A stretch of 64,000 nt of DNA from Candidatus Kapaibacterium sp. (GTDB lineage Bacteria > Bacteroidota > Ignavibacteria > Kapaibacteriales > UBA2268): assembly GCA_963665665.1 (NCBI GenBank), contig OY762428.1:3712001-3776000 (forward strand), given 5' to 3'. Below, one piece after another: positions 1 through 9,680 of this stretch (position 1 is the stretch's first letter; every line of letters starts with the position of its first letter). Position numbers and translations under genes: made by a program. The notes below the pieces were generated by a model. The model saw only the letters and a program-made list of their open reading frames with translations. It was not told the origin of the DNA and searched no databases.

Positions 1-2
1 GC

Positions 3-686
3 AGCGGCGCCAAACCAGGCTCCGGCCACGCAACATGCCCCACCTGCAACGGGGCAGGTGAAATCAGGCAGGTTTCGAGATCATTATTCGGCCAGTTTGT
101 TAATATTCAGCCATGCCCCGCCTGCAACGGCGCAGGGCAGATTATTAAAGATCATTGTATGGCATGTTCAGGCGAAGGCCGTGTGAAAGGCGAAGATACT
201 ATCACGGTAAAAATCCCTGCCGGAGTGGAAGAAGGAAATTACCTGCCGGTACGCGACAGAGGAAATGCAGGCCGCAGGGGAGGAACTCCCGGAGATTTGA
301 TTGTGATCATTGAAGAAAAAGAGCACGAGAACTTTACCCGCCAGGGCAATGATATAATATTTGAATTGATGATAAGCTATCCTTCGGCAGCATTGGGAAC
401 TGAAGTTGAAGTACCAACACTACACGGAACCGAAAAAATTAAAATTGAAGCAGGTACACAGCCCGGTACAACAATAAAGCTGCGCGACAAGGGAATCCCA
501 TTCCTGAATTCTTACGGCAAGGGCAACCAGATTGTTTATGTTAATGTATTTGTACCAAAGAAACTTGATTCAAAGGAGAAAGCTCTTCTAAAAGAATTAG
601 AAGAAAAACCAAATATTTGCCCACGTAAGAAGGACCAGAAAAAGAGCAAGGACTTCATCGATAAGATCAAAGATCTGTTCTCGTAA
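3..686 (+). CDS. dnaJ: Chaperone DnaJ, C-terminal part (5' truncated by window)
   Basis: Frame is open from position 3: CPTCNGAG, CPACNGAG and CMACSGEG zinc-finger repeats, then the DnaJ C-terminal domain (GDLIV, ALGTEVEVPTL, GTQPG). Confidence 0.97.
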   Translation, partial: SGAKPGSGHATCPTCNGAGEIRQVSRSLFGQFVNIQPCPACNGAGQIIKDHCMACSGEGRVKGEDTITVKIPAGVEEGNYLPVRDRGNAGRRGGTPGDLIVIIEEKEHENFTRQGNDIIFELMISYPSAALGTEVEVPTLHGTEKIKIEAGTQPGTTIKLRDKGIPFLNSYGKGNQIVYVNVFVPKKLDSKEKALLKELEEKPNICPRKKDQKKSKDFIDKIKDLFS

Positions 687-820
687 TTATTTTCTCATAA
701 CCATCAATATCGAACAAAATATTAAACAATCCGATCGCATAAGGTGTTCGGATTTTTTTTCGATTATAAGTTATTTTGTTTCCATTCAGCTAAGTTGATA
801 TTATTATGTTTTAAAAAAAG

Positions 821-1115
821 AATTGCAAAATTGTCATTCCCCGAGCTGTCACCGATAAATCGGAAATATATCGGAACCAGCGGTGGACAGTGCCGTTTTT
901 GTTCTGAAGTCCCCCGCCAGCGGGTGACAGATAATGTTGTCTGACGGAGCGAAGCGTCCGAAGAATCCATCTTTGTTTACAGATAGTGTGTGAAGAATCC
1001 ACCCCGTTTCGCTGCGCTTGCCACCCCTCAACGAGGGGAATTATTTCCATCCTTCCCAAGCGGGGCTTGGGAAGGAGTATAAAAGAATGGATTCTTCGCT
1101 GGCGCTCAGAATGAC
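821..1115. repeat. Composite palindromic intergenic repeat (REP/MITE-like), nested hairpins
   Basis: Begins AATTGCAAAATTGTCATT and ends ATGGATTCTTCGCTGGCGCTCAGAATGAC, arms shared with 5796-5885 and 49914-50005. Internal inverted repeats: CTGTCACC..GGTGACAG, CCCCTC..GAGGGG and CCTTCCCAAG..CTTGGGAAGG. Confidence 0.8.
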
Positions 1116-1150
1116 CTTCCAGCAACTATAATAACTTCAATCGTAAAAAG

Positions 1151-1185
1151 AAACCTTCCACAGGTTCGAACCCTGCAGAAGGTTT
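1151..1185. repeat. REP-like hairpin / possible terminator downstream of fbaB
   Basis: AAACCTTCCACAGGTTCGAACCCTGCAGAAGGTTT, an imperfect 35-bp palindrome just past the fbaB stop. Confidence 0.6.
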
Positions 1186-1209
1186 AATAAAATATTAAAA
1201 TTGCAATTC

Positions 1210-2274
1210 TTATGCTACGGTCACTTCTTTGGTCAGGTAAACATCCTGGATTGAGTTGAGAAGTTTCACGCCATCTTCCATCGGGCGCTGGAATGCTTTC
1301 CTGCCGGAAATAAGGCCCATACCGCCGGCACGTTTGTTAATAACAGCGGTTTTAACTGCTGCGCCGAAATCATTGCTGCCTGATGCGCCGCCGCTGTTTA
1401 TAAGGCCAATCCTGCCCATGTAAGTATTGGCTATCTGGTAGCGGCAAAGATCGATCGGATGGTCGCTGTTCAGCTTGGTATAAATTTCATCGCTGTATTT
1501 GCCGAATTTCACACCGTCGGAGTTCATTGCAATATAACCGCCATTGTTTGTGGCAAGTTTCTGCTTAACTATATCGGCCTGGATAGTGGCGCCAAGGTGG
1601 TTGGCCTGGCCTGTCAGGTCGCTTGATGAATGATAATCTTTATCCTTTTTAAATTCCGGGTTGCGCAGGTAGCACCACAGAACGGTGGCCATGCCAAGCT
1701 CGTGTGCAAGCTGGAAAGCTTCTGCTATTTCAACTATCTGTGCACGGGCATTGTCCGAACCGTAGTAAATAGTAGCGCCAACAGCCGCAGCGCCCATGTC
1801 ATAAGCCTGTTCTACCTGGCCAAAAAGTACCTGGTCGAATTCATTCGGGTAAGTCAGTAATTCGTTGTGATTGATCTTTACGAGAAATGGAATTTTATGT
1901 GCATATTTCCTGGAAAGAATACCGAGAACGCCAAATGTTGAAGCTACAGCATTACAGCCGCCTTCCATTGCAAGCTTCACAATGTTTTCCGGATCGAAAT
2001 ATGCCGGGTTGGGTGCAAAGCTGGCTCCGGCCGAATGTTCAATTCCCTGGTCAACAGGAAGTATCGACAAATAGCCGGTACCGGCCAGCCTGCCGTGATT
2101 ATACATCCATTGCAGGTTACCCAATACACGGTTGTTCCTGTCGGATTGAGCAAAGATCCTGTCAACAAAATCAGGCCCCGGAAGGTTAAGCTGATCTTTG
2201 GATATCTTTGGAGTATCGAACCCAAGGAGGTTTTCGGCATCGTTGCCAAGATATTCGCGAATTTTCTCTATCAT
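1210..2274 (-). CDS. fbaB: Class I fructose-bisphosphate aldolase (DhnA/FbaB type)
   Basis: [22 protein letters not shown] (Schiff-base Lys), [17 protein letters not shown]. Start placed at ATG 2274 after GGAGA. Confidence 0.95.
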   Translation of the reverse strand: MIEKIREYLGNDAENLLGFDTPKISKDQLNLPGPDFVDRIFAQSDRNNRVLGNLQWMYNHGRLAGTGYLSILPVDQGIEHSAGASFAPNPAYFDPENIVKLAMEGGCNAVASTFGVLGILSRKYAHKIPFLVKINHNELLTYPNEFDQVLFGQVEQAYDMGAAAVGATIYYGSDNARAQIVEIAEAFQLAHELGMATVLWCYLRNPEFKKDKDYHSSSDLTGQANHLGATIQADIVKQKLATNNGGYIAMNSDGVKFGKYSDEIYTKLNSDHPIDLCRYQIANTYMGRIGLINSGGASGSNDFGAAVKTAVINKRAGGMGLISGRKAFQRPMEDGVKLLNSIQDVYLTKEVTVA

Positions 2275-2614
2275 CTGAGTTTCTCCGTTTATAAATAACA
2301 AAATCAATATCAAAAATTGCAACTTTTATTATAGCAAAGATATTAACATTAGGGATTATATAAAAAATAATTCGTGACAACTAAGAATAGAAATTGAAAA
2401 AAAGTATGTTTACTTCATTACAAGTATTGGCAATGATTTCAATTCAATCCTCCCAGCTTATCACAAAGCAGGATATATAAACATTTTGAATCCCCAGCCG
2501 GAAGGGTTTAAAGCCAACTGTATGATTGATTCAGCACTGCTTTCAAATAATCTTAGGAAGAGTTTTAGCAAAAAAAAACATCTTATTCGTCTATATATTT
2601 AATAAATTGCATCA

Positions 2615-3964
2615 TTGAAAATGACAAAACACGATTGGACAATGGCAACAGCGCATAAAAATAGAAGAAACAAGAACAGAAAAAGGATTTCGGAGAAAAA
2701 AGTTAAGCCGGTAAAGAAAGAAAATCCGGTTAATAAGACCATTCTAAATAACGGAATCAGAATTTTAACCGAGGAAGTGGAAAGCGTAGAGTCATTTTCG
2801 CTTGGAATTTTTATTACAGCGGGCTCAAGAGATGATTTCAAAGCTTATGAAGGAATGGCTCACCTTCTGGAGCACGTTACATTCCGATCCTGCAAAAATG
2901 GCACATCAAGGCAGGTAGCCGCTAAGTTCGAATCCGTGGGCGCTCACCTGAACGCCTATACAACCAAGGAATTTACCTGCTACCACGTCAGGGCCCTCAA
3001 ATCTAACGTGAAAAAAATATTCAACTTATTAGCAGATGTTGCGCTGAACGGCAATTTTACACAGAAAGAAATTGATGCTGAAAAACCTGTGGTTATCGAC
3101 GAGATACGCTATTACAACGACGACCCCGAGGAAACTGCCGCCGAAACTGCCGACAAAGCGCTTTTCCCCGGCCACAGCCTGGGAGTTCCTGTTGCCGGTT
3201 ATGAAGACAGTGTAAAAAGGATTAGCGAGAAAGAACTAAAAGAATTTTACAATAAATTTTACTCGCCGGAAAATATTATAATTGCCGCCTCGGGTAATAT
3301 CAGGCATGATAAAATGACGAGCCTTGCCGAACAGCTTTTTGCTGATAAAGTCCCGTCGGGAAGCGAATCCGGAAGAACCGTGCCGGATGAGATTGAATCT
3401 CCTGTGGCAATAGAAAAAACTTATCCCTCGCAACAGGTTTACTGGACTTATGGCCACCGTATGCCCGGTATTAACTCCCGATTCAGGATAAAAGTGAAAG
3501 TGTTGGATGAGTTGTTTGCCGGAAGCATGAGCTCGCGCCTTCAATACAGGCTAAGGGAAAAGGAAGCTCTGACTTATAATATTGAATCCGAGATGGATAT
3601 GTTCTCCGATTCCGGGGCTTATTATATAAACTGTTCCTACGATCCCGACCTGAAGGCAAATATTCCCGCTATAATATTTGCTGAAATGGAAAAAATACTG
3701 ACCGGCAAAATATCCGGCGCGGAACTGCAAAGGGCAAAAGAACAGATTAAATCCGGCCTTGTGATGGAAATGGAAAGTATGTCTGCCCGTATGGATGCAT
3801 TGGTTAGCGCAGAGGTTAATACATACGGCCCGGCAGGCATCAGCGATATTATACGCGAGGTAGAAGGCGTTACCCGCGAGGATATTGTTCAGGCAGCCGG
3901 GGTTATCTTCGACCGCTCGAATGCCGTGATAGTGAAATTGGTACCCGAAAATAAAAGCAAGTGA
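2615..3964 (+). CDS. M16 (pitrilysin/insulinase) family zinc peptidase
   Basis: GMAHLLEH inverzincin HxxEH motif, LNAYTTKE, SSRL..LRE C-terminal motif. Exact start uncertain. Confidence 0.92.
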   Translation: MKMTKHDWTMATAHKNRRNKNRKRISEKKVKPVKKENPVNKTILNNGIRILTEEVESVESFSLGIFITAGSRDDFKAYEGMAHLLEHVTFRSCKNGTSRQVAAKFESVGAHLNAYTTKEFTCYHVRALKSNVKKIFNLLADVALNGNFTQKEIDAEKPVVIDEIRYYNDDPEETAAETADKALFPGHSLGVPVAGYEDSVKRISEKELKEFYNKFYSPENIIIAASGNIRHDKMTSLAEQLFADKVPSGSESGRTVPDEIESPVAIEKTYPSQQVYWTYGHRMPGINSRFRIKVKVLDELFAGSMSSRLQYRLREKEALTYNIESEMDMFSDSGAYYINCSYDPDLKANIPAIIFAEMEKILTGKISGAELQRAKEQIKSGLVMEMESMSARMDALVSAEVNTYGPAGISDIIREVEGVTREDIVQAAGVIFDRSNAVIVKLVPENKSK

Positions 3965-4114
3965 TTGCCTGTTATTTTCTTTGCGAAGCTACTGCTATGT
4001 AGCGGAATTTTTTAAAGCCGGGTTTGAAGGTTTTATAGTTCAACTTTGTAAGAATTTCCGATTTCCTGATATTTATTTGAAATGATAGAAACCGGCTATA
4101 AGGAGCCCTGAGTT

Positions 4115-4412
4115 TTATTTTGCGTTCAATCTGTCTTTCCAGTATTCCGGCTTACGGTGGAGATGCATAATAGCTATTATTAAAACTTCATTATCTTCAT
4201 GAGAATAAATTATACCATAAGGAAATCGTTGGACAAGCGCTTTTTTCGTATTTTCTGAAATTTTCGGCCATGAATCAACAAAGTTTACAATTTTCTCAAT
4301 AGTTTTTTATCTCATTGGCAAAATCAAAACCAAGCCCGTCACTCTGCTCATTATAGTAATTAATTGCCTCTTCGAATTCCAGTTTCGCTTTGCTGAGAAA
4401 ATTAACCTGCAT
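4115..4412 (-). pseudogene. RelE/ParE-family toxin, frameshifted
   Basis: ATG at 4412 gives MQVNFLSKAKLEFEEAINYYNEQSDGLGFDFANEIK, then a stop. The sequence continues in a shifted frame as TIEKIVNF..RFPYGIIY..IAIMHLHRKPEYW to TAA at 4115. Length 298 nt (3n+1); the shift is at the T6 run 4303-4308. Confidence 0.85.
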
Positions 4413-4413
4413 A

Positions 4414-4635
4414 TCAAACATTCAACGATGAAAAAACTTCGTTGGCTGGAATCTTTTCAATTGATCCTTTTTTAGCAGCTTTTAGTCTTTCCTCTGCTTC
4501 AAGGGCCCAATCATTTTCAATTTTTTCCATAGCTTCAAAATCAAAACTGCCCAGAATGTGTTCAATTAATTGAGTTTTTTCTATGGGTGATAGTTTTAAA
4601 GCCTGTTCAAATAGTTCTTCTCTCGATATAATCAT
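4414..4635 (-). CDS. Putative addiction-module antitoxin (partner of ParE-like toxin)
   Basis: 73 aa, ALKLSPIEKTQL...W..EAEERL...IPANEVF pattern, immediately upstream of the toxin gene. Confidence 0.85.
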   Translation of the reverse strand: MIISREELFEQALKLSPIEKTQLIEHILGSFDFEAMEKIENDWALEAEERLKAAKKGSIEKIPANEVFSSLNV

Positions 4636-4855
4636 TGTTTTACCTAATATATTATTTATCTAAAAGAAAACACTTCTTTCAATAATAATAACAAGCAAAT
4701 ATAATTAATATTTGAATTTATACAAATTAATTACAAAAGTCACAAAGAGGAGCTACTTCTGTATTTATATAGTCCTTAAAACCAATAGGTTGAAGTCCCG
4801 AAGAGCGGCATATATTAACAATATGCCACTCCTTGGGAACAGTCTGATTCAATCA

Positions 4856-5689
4856 TCATTTCCTGCAAAAGCTGAAAGTCAGGTTAAGGCCGTTCCAGGG
4901 ATCATCGCCTTTCACAACGTCGTCATAATATTCCATTTCTGAAAAGCCTGCTTCGCCAAGCATTTCAGTTAGTTTTTTATTCGAGAACATTGAAGTCCAG
5001 AATCTGTAAACGGAAACCATATCATTATTTTCCAGGATTACATGCTGGTAGAGAACTACTTTTTCATCCTCGTAAAGGAAGGAATCCGATAGAGCCAGGT
5101 ATGGCGTGGGACGCCAGAATCCCTTTTCAGCCATTTCCCAGTTCCTCGGGGTAAGTTTGGAATCCATATCCCTGTCGTTCAGAACATCAAAAATGAAAAT
5201 CCCGCCCGGTTTCAAAGCTGCATAAATATTTTCAAGAAGTTTCTTCTGGTCGACTGGATTCAAGACGCCGAAATCGGTATATATCAGCGTAATCAGGTCA
5301 TATTCCTGTTCCGCGTCAAGGTCCAGGTAGTTCATGTTCAGGTAGCTTATAGCTTCATTATTATCCATAGCATTCTGTTTCGCGTATTCAATGGAGACCC
5401 TGGAAAAATCCACTCCCGTTACATGGTGGCCGGCTTTATGGAATTCCCTGCAATACAGGCCCGGGCCGCAACCGAGGTCAAGAATTTTCATATTGTCGCG
5501 CCCGGCCTTTTCCAGTATCCATTTCACGGTTTCGTCGATAGTGGTTTTCTTCCTGCTGGCCAGGTCAAGTTCGGGATTCAGGTGAACGTGCAGTAATTGT
5601 GCGGCAATATATTCATCAGTCCACATAAGGCGTGTGCCTTCTTCAAACAGTGCCGGTTTGTCAGTATATTTCAATATATCGTTAATCAT
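4856..5689 (-). CDS. Class I SAM-dependent methyltransferase
   Basis: ILDLGCGPG motif I, VTGVDFS, LKPGGIFIFD. Confidence 0.9.
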   Translation of the reverse strand: MINDILKYTDKPALFEEGTRLMWTDEYIAAQLLHVHLNPELDLASRKKTTIDETVKWILEKAGRDNMKILDLGCGPGLYCREFHKAGHHVTGVDFSRVSIEYAKQNAMDNNEAISYLNMNYLDLDAEQEYDLITLIYTDFGVLNPVDQKKLLENIYAALKPGGIFIFDVLNDRDMDSKLTPRNWEMAEKGFWRPTPYLALSDSFLYEDEKVVLYQHVILENNDMVSVYRFWTSMFSNKKLTEMLGEAGFSEMEYYDDVVKGDDPWNGLNLTFSFCRK

Positions 5690-5795
5690 AGTGATAATCT
5701 TTTATTTTTGTATAAATTCAGTTGCTTAGCCATATAGATAGTGTAATTATCGAAGGTTTAGATATAAATTGACAGTCCTTTCGAAAATCACTGGC

Positions 5796-5885
5796 TGTCA
5801 TTCTGAAGAAGCTTGCGACTGAAGAATCAAACATTCTTATAAGAAAATATCAAAGAATGGATTCTTCGCTGCGCTCAGAATGACA
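5796..5885. repeat. Palindromic intergenic repeat TGTCATTCTGA...TCAGAATGACA
   Basis: Terminal inverted repeats TGTCATTCTGA/TCAGAATGACA and GAAGAATC/GATTCTTC; right arm nearly identical to 1082-1115. Confidence 0.85.
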
Positions 5886-6128
5886 TTTTTCAAAAGATCA
5901 TCAAATTTCAATACATTCAACTATCAAAAAAAGCTAAGTAAATTATTATATTCAAAGGAAATATTTAATTCCCTGATATCAATATCACGGTAGGAGTTAT
6001 TTGTGGCGTTATTTTGTTACTTTTTCATAACATACAAAATTAGTGAAAAATCCTGATAAGGAAAAAATTTTCTTTGGGTTGGGGGGGGGAGAAGCTTTAG
6101 CACAATACTTCCATATCCCCGCAGCTAT

Positions 6129-6572
6129 TTATAATTTCTTTTTCAGATAAACCATATCGATAAGTTGTATTCCGTCTTCAAACATCGGGTGGTCATAATT
6201 ATCGGTAAAGAAATTCCTGATGTAATGAGAAATTGCAAATCCGCTCTTTTCATAAAAGTTCAATATTGTTGGAATATCGCCGGTTCCTACAAGCATGCTT
6301 TTATATTTGTTTTTGTAATGGCCGGTGAGGAACTTTATCAGAGCAGTTGCATATCCATTGCCCTGATATTCGGGATATGTGGCTATGTTTTTCAATTCGC
6401 AGGTATCGTCGTCAATCGCAGCAACAACGCAAACAGTTTTCAAATCGTCGTCGAATAGCGCGAACATATCGCCGCTTTCCAGATACTTGTCAATCATATC
6501 TTCCTGCTCGTCTGCCAGTAGCAATAAATCTAAGTATAGCTTCTTATTATCGATAATTTGTTCTATTCTCAT
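6129..6572 (-). CDS. GNAT family N-acetyltransferase
   Basis: LLLLADE N-terminal motif, [14 protein letters not shown] acetyl-CoA motif, FYEKSGF. Confidence 0.9.
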   Translation of the reverse strand: MRIEQIIDNKKLYLDLLLLADEQEDMIDKYLESGDMFALFDDDLKTVCVVAAIDDDTCELKNIATYPEYQGNGYATALIKFLTGHYKNKYKSMLVGTGDIPTILNFYEKSGFAISHYIRNFFTDNYDHPMFEDGIQLIDMVYLKKKL

Positions 6573-6644
6573 TATATTTTCAATTCATTAATAACTATTT
6601 CAGGAAATAATTTTTTATGTTCGTGTTTTATCAACAGCAGTTCT

Positions 6645-7514
6645 CTAATCAGGCCTGTGATTTACAATTTTATCAATCCCGATCTGCTCTCCAAATTCTT
6701 TTAAATCACAATAACATTCAAGATTATTAAATAGTTTCTCAATTTTTAAAGAATCTGTTGGAGATATTAATTCGTATCCGTTTTCTTTTGTGATAAAATC
6801 ACCAAAAATATTTTTTATTGTCTCAAAGGAAACTATTTCGTTTGAAAATTTTGTTCTGAATAATTTCCTGATCTTTTTTTGAATAATAAAATAGTCAACT
6901 TCGGGTATAACTGTAGAAATATGCTCAGGCCAAACACACAAGGTAGAAATCAATCCTGTTTGATGTTCCCTATAATAAAAAATACCCGGAACAAATGTCA
7001 TATCGCCAAGCTTTTCCTGAAGAGTCTGTCTGTTGTGATTGAATTCCCATGATTTATTTGATTTATCTGGGTCAAGGTAAAATAATTCATACTTGTCGAA
7101 ATACCGGGAAGAATTCCTGGCATTAATGCCACTCCAATTTTCAAATAAATCCTTATGAGTATATTTTGCAAGTGTGTCATCTCCACCTAATTGTGGATTA
7201 AAAACCAACAAGTCAAGATCATTAATTAAATTTACTACCAGCGGAAATGCCTCTAATCCGAAAAACTGAGGCCTGATAAAATTGATATTGAACATCCAGT
7301 TCGTATTGTCAAAATCCTCGAAGCCTTCAATCGGCTCATCATCAGGATCAGGTTCGTTATATTCGAAGGAGAAATAAACCCCTGTATTCTTATTCTCATA
7401 CCAGTATTGGTCTGAGTTTTCCGAATTTTGAAATTTTTCGCTCAGATAATTCCTGATGTCCGAATCAGTCGTTTTGCAATTTTTTTCTTTATAAAAGTAT
7501 AAATCGTAACTCAT
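6645..7514 (-). CDS. Hypothetical protein
   Basis: 289-aa ORF starting MSYDLYFY; acidic/aromatic-rich; no domain recognised. Confidence 0.75.
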   Translation of the reverse strand: MSYDLYFYKEKNCKTTDSDIRNYLSEKFQNSENSDQYWYENKNTGVYFSFEYNEPDPDDEPIEGFEDFDNTNWMFNINFIRPQFFGLEAFPLVVNLINDLDLLVFNPQLGGDDTLAKYTHKDLFENWSGINARNSSRYFDKYELFYLDPDKSNKSWEFNHNRQTLQEKLGDMTFVPGIFYYREHQTGLISTLCVWPEHISTVIPEVDYFIIQKKIRKLFRTKFSNEIVSFETIKNIFGDFITKENGYELISPTDSLKIEKLFNNLECYCDLKEFGEQIGIDKIVNHRPD

Positions 7515-7698
7515 TGTTGCATCTTTCCATTTCTAATGTTGGACAACTGCTCCTTACACCTTATTCGATTTATCTTTATGATGATTAGGATAAACGAAAG
7601 TGATTCTATAAATTTACATAAAGAATAATATTTTAGCAAATTAAAAAGGAAATTGAATACTGTCGGGGGTGCACAAAATTAGTTGAGTTATTATTACA

Positions 7699-8766
7699 TT
7701 ATAGCGGATCACTTTTATCTGATTTATCTTTCATTTTATTTTTTGCCTGCCTGGTTTTCCATCTTTCCCTGGCATATTTCTGCATGTCAATTATAGTGTC
7801 CTTTTCATCAACAATTTCAAGCCCGAGCAATGTTTCGATAACATCCTCCATGGTAACTATCCCGTCCAGGCCTCCAAATTCATCCACTATCAGTGCAATA
7901 TGTTCTTTATGTTCCAACAGTTTTTCCCATAATGAAAACAGCATCACACTATCAGGAAAAGTCATTATATTACGTTTTAAATCCCTTAATTTAAGATCAT
8001 GTTCATCTTCAGCCAGTTTTTCAAACACCTGCTGCCGGAATACATACCCGCTAATATGATCATCCTTGCCGGTATAAACCGGTATCCGGGAAAAATTTAA
8101 GAAATTTTTGTTTTTCAGGAACTCATTCAAAGATAAATTTTCATCTGCTGATGCCACAACAACCCGGGGCGTCATTACTTCAGTTGCTTTAATGTTTTTC
8201 AGCTTAAGTATGTTCTGGATAATCTTATTTTCTTTGTCCGAGAACAATCCTTCGGTTGTTCCAATGCTTGCTAATGCAGCAATTTCCTCTCTGCTTGTTG
8301 TTTTTTCATCTTTATTACTTGATATTATTTTTGTAATGAATGCTGACATAACAACAAGCGGGTAGGTGATGATTATCATTGATTTTATGGTGTAATAAGA
8401 TAACATCGAAAAATTTTTCCAGTACCTTGCACCTATCGTTTTAGGGATTATTTCAGTTATCACAAGAATCAGAATGGTAAGTATGGCAGATGCAATTCCA
8501 AATGAAGCTTCTCCGAAGACTTTTACAGCCTGTGCTCCGACACCCGCGGCCCCGATAGTATGAGCAACCGTGTTCAATGATAATATGGCTGAGAGGGGTT
8601 TGTCGATATTCACCTTAAATTCAATATATGATCTTGCCCAGCTATGTCCTTCGTTCTGCTTCACTATCAGATATGAGCGCGGAGTGGATAGAAGAACAGA
8701 TTCCATAATTGAGCATAGGAATGACACGAATAAGGCCAGGAAGAGATATGCAAATAAGGCTATCAT
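7699..8766 (-). CDS. CNNM/DUF21-CBS domain protein (CorB/HlyC-like)
   Basis: SFLCSIMESVLLS, EIIPKTIG, VMTPR, SRIPVY, VDEFGGLDGIVTMEDVIE. Confidence 0.92.
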   Translation of the reverse strand: MIALFAYLFLALFVSFLCSIMESVLLSTPRSYLIVKQNEGHSWARSYIEFKVNIDKPLSAILSLNTVAHTIGAAGVGAQAVKVFGEASFGIASAILTILILVITEIIPKTIGARYWKNFSMLSYYTIKSMIIITYPLVVMSAFITKIISSNKDEKTTSREEIAALASIGTTEGLFSDKENKIIQNILKLKNIKATEVMTPRVVVASADENLSLNEFLKNKNFLNFSRIPVYTGKDDHISGYVFRQQVFEKLAEDEHDLKLRDLKRNIMTFPDSVMLFSLWEKLLEHKEHIALIVDEFGGLDGIVTMEDVIETLLGLEIVDEKDTIIDMQKYARERWKTRQAKNKMKDKSDKSDPL

Positions 8767-8890
8767 TTTTTCTCTAAAATATCCGAAATTATGTATTGTA
8801 TTTATTTATTATCAGAAAATACCCTTCCGAAACCCGACACTTTGCGCCATTACAGCAGAGGCCGCCAAAAAACATATTGCCTGTTATCCA

Positions 8891-9460
8891 TTACTTTCTT
8901 CTGCCGACTAATAAAAGCGAGTCGTCTTCTTCAAATTCCTGATAACTTTCTAATAAAAGAATTTCAAAATACCCGGAAAAGAATTTCCGAATAATATTTT
9001 CATTATGGTAGTTAACGAAAAGGCCCTTAAATATCTCTGAACCATCACCTTTCCAGAATGAATGGCAAATTATTCCGTCAGGAGCCAGGATATTATATTG
9101 TCTTTTAATTGAACTCTTCAGGCCATCATCAGCCAAATGATGTAACACTTTATTTGAATAAATACCATGAAATTTTTTTTTAGTATCAATCGTAATTGCG
9201 TCAAGCTCAAGAAAGCTGCCATCAGGATTTTCCGATCTCAAATGTTTTAAAAACTCTGTTGAATTGTCAGAACCGGTTGCATTGTAGTACTGTTTCAATA
9301 TTTTCCAATCCGTTCCGGGGCCGGAGCCAATTTCAAGCAGGTCGGAATTTTCAGGCAGAAATTTTCTGAGTTTATCAATTAGTTTCCTGCCATTAACATC
9401 TTTCGCCAGTTCAATATACTCTTCAACGGATTCTTTAGTTTTATAGTAGTCTTTATCCAT
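8891..9460 (-). CDS. Class I SAM-dependent methyltransferase
   Basis: LLEIGSGPG motif I, VLHHL, LAPDGII. Confidence 0.85.
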   Translation of the reverse strand: MDKDYYKTKESVEEYIELAKDVNGRKLIDKLRKFLPENSDLLEIGSGPGTDWKILKQYYNATGSDNSTEFLKHLRSENPDGSFLELDAITIDTKKKFHGIYSNKVLHHLADDGLKSSIKRQYNILAPDGIICHSFWKGDGSEIFKGLFVNYHNENIIRKFFSGYFEILLLESYQEFEEDDSLLLVGRRK

Positions 9461-9680
9461 TCTCTACTGGTGTTTTTAAATAATTCTATTCATTATCAAT
9501 AAACTTTTCTTTCGGAAAATTATTTTAACATTCCTCACATTCCGGAAAAAAGCAATTTGACGTTATTTGAAAATAATAGGATAAACTTAATTATTACACA
9601 ATGCTTTTTAAACCTCAGCTTTCATTGACAGCTTTAAATTGATATATACGGTTTAATAACTTTCACAAGCCCATAAAAAA

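Noticed and set aside
792-815. dif-like site (TTATTATGTTTTAAA)
   Set aside because: Only a partial XerD-arm resemblance with no XerC arm; expected by chance in AT-rich DNA.
744-1125. Short ORFs 744-944, 764-970, 811-1125 and 849-1031
   Set aside because: They overlap the palindromic repeat mosaic and have no recognisable protein features; likely spurious.
4115-9460. Integron-like cassette array (co-oriented TA, methyltransferases, GNAT, hypothetical)
   Set aside because: No integrase in the window and no recurring attC-type sites with complementary core ends between the genes; only one GTT-like remnant near 7535-7547.
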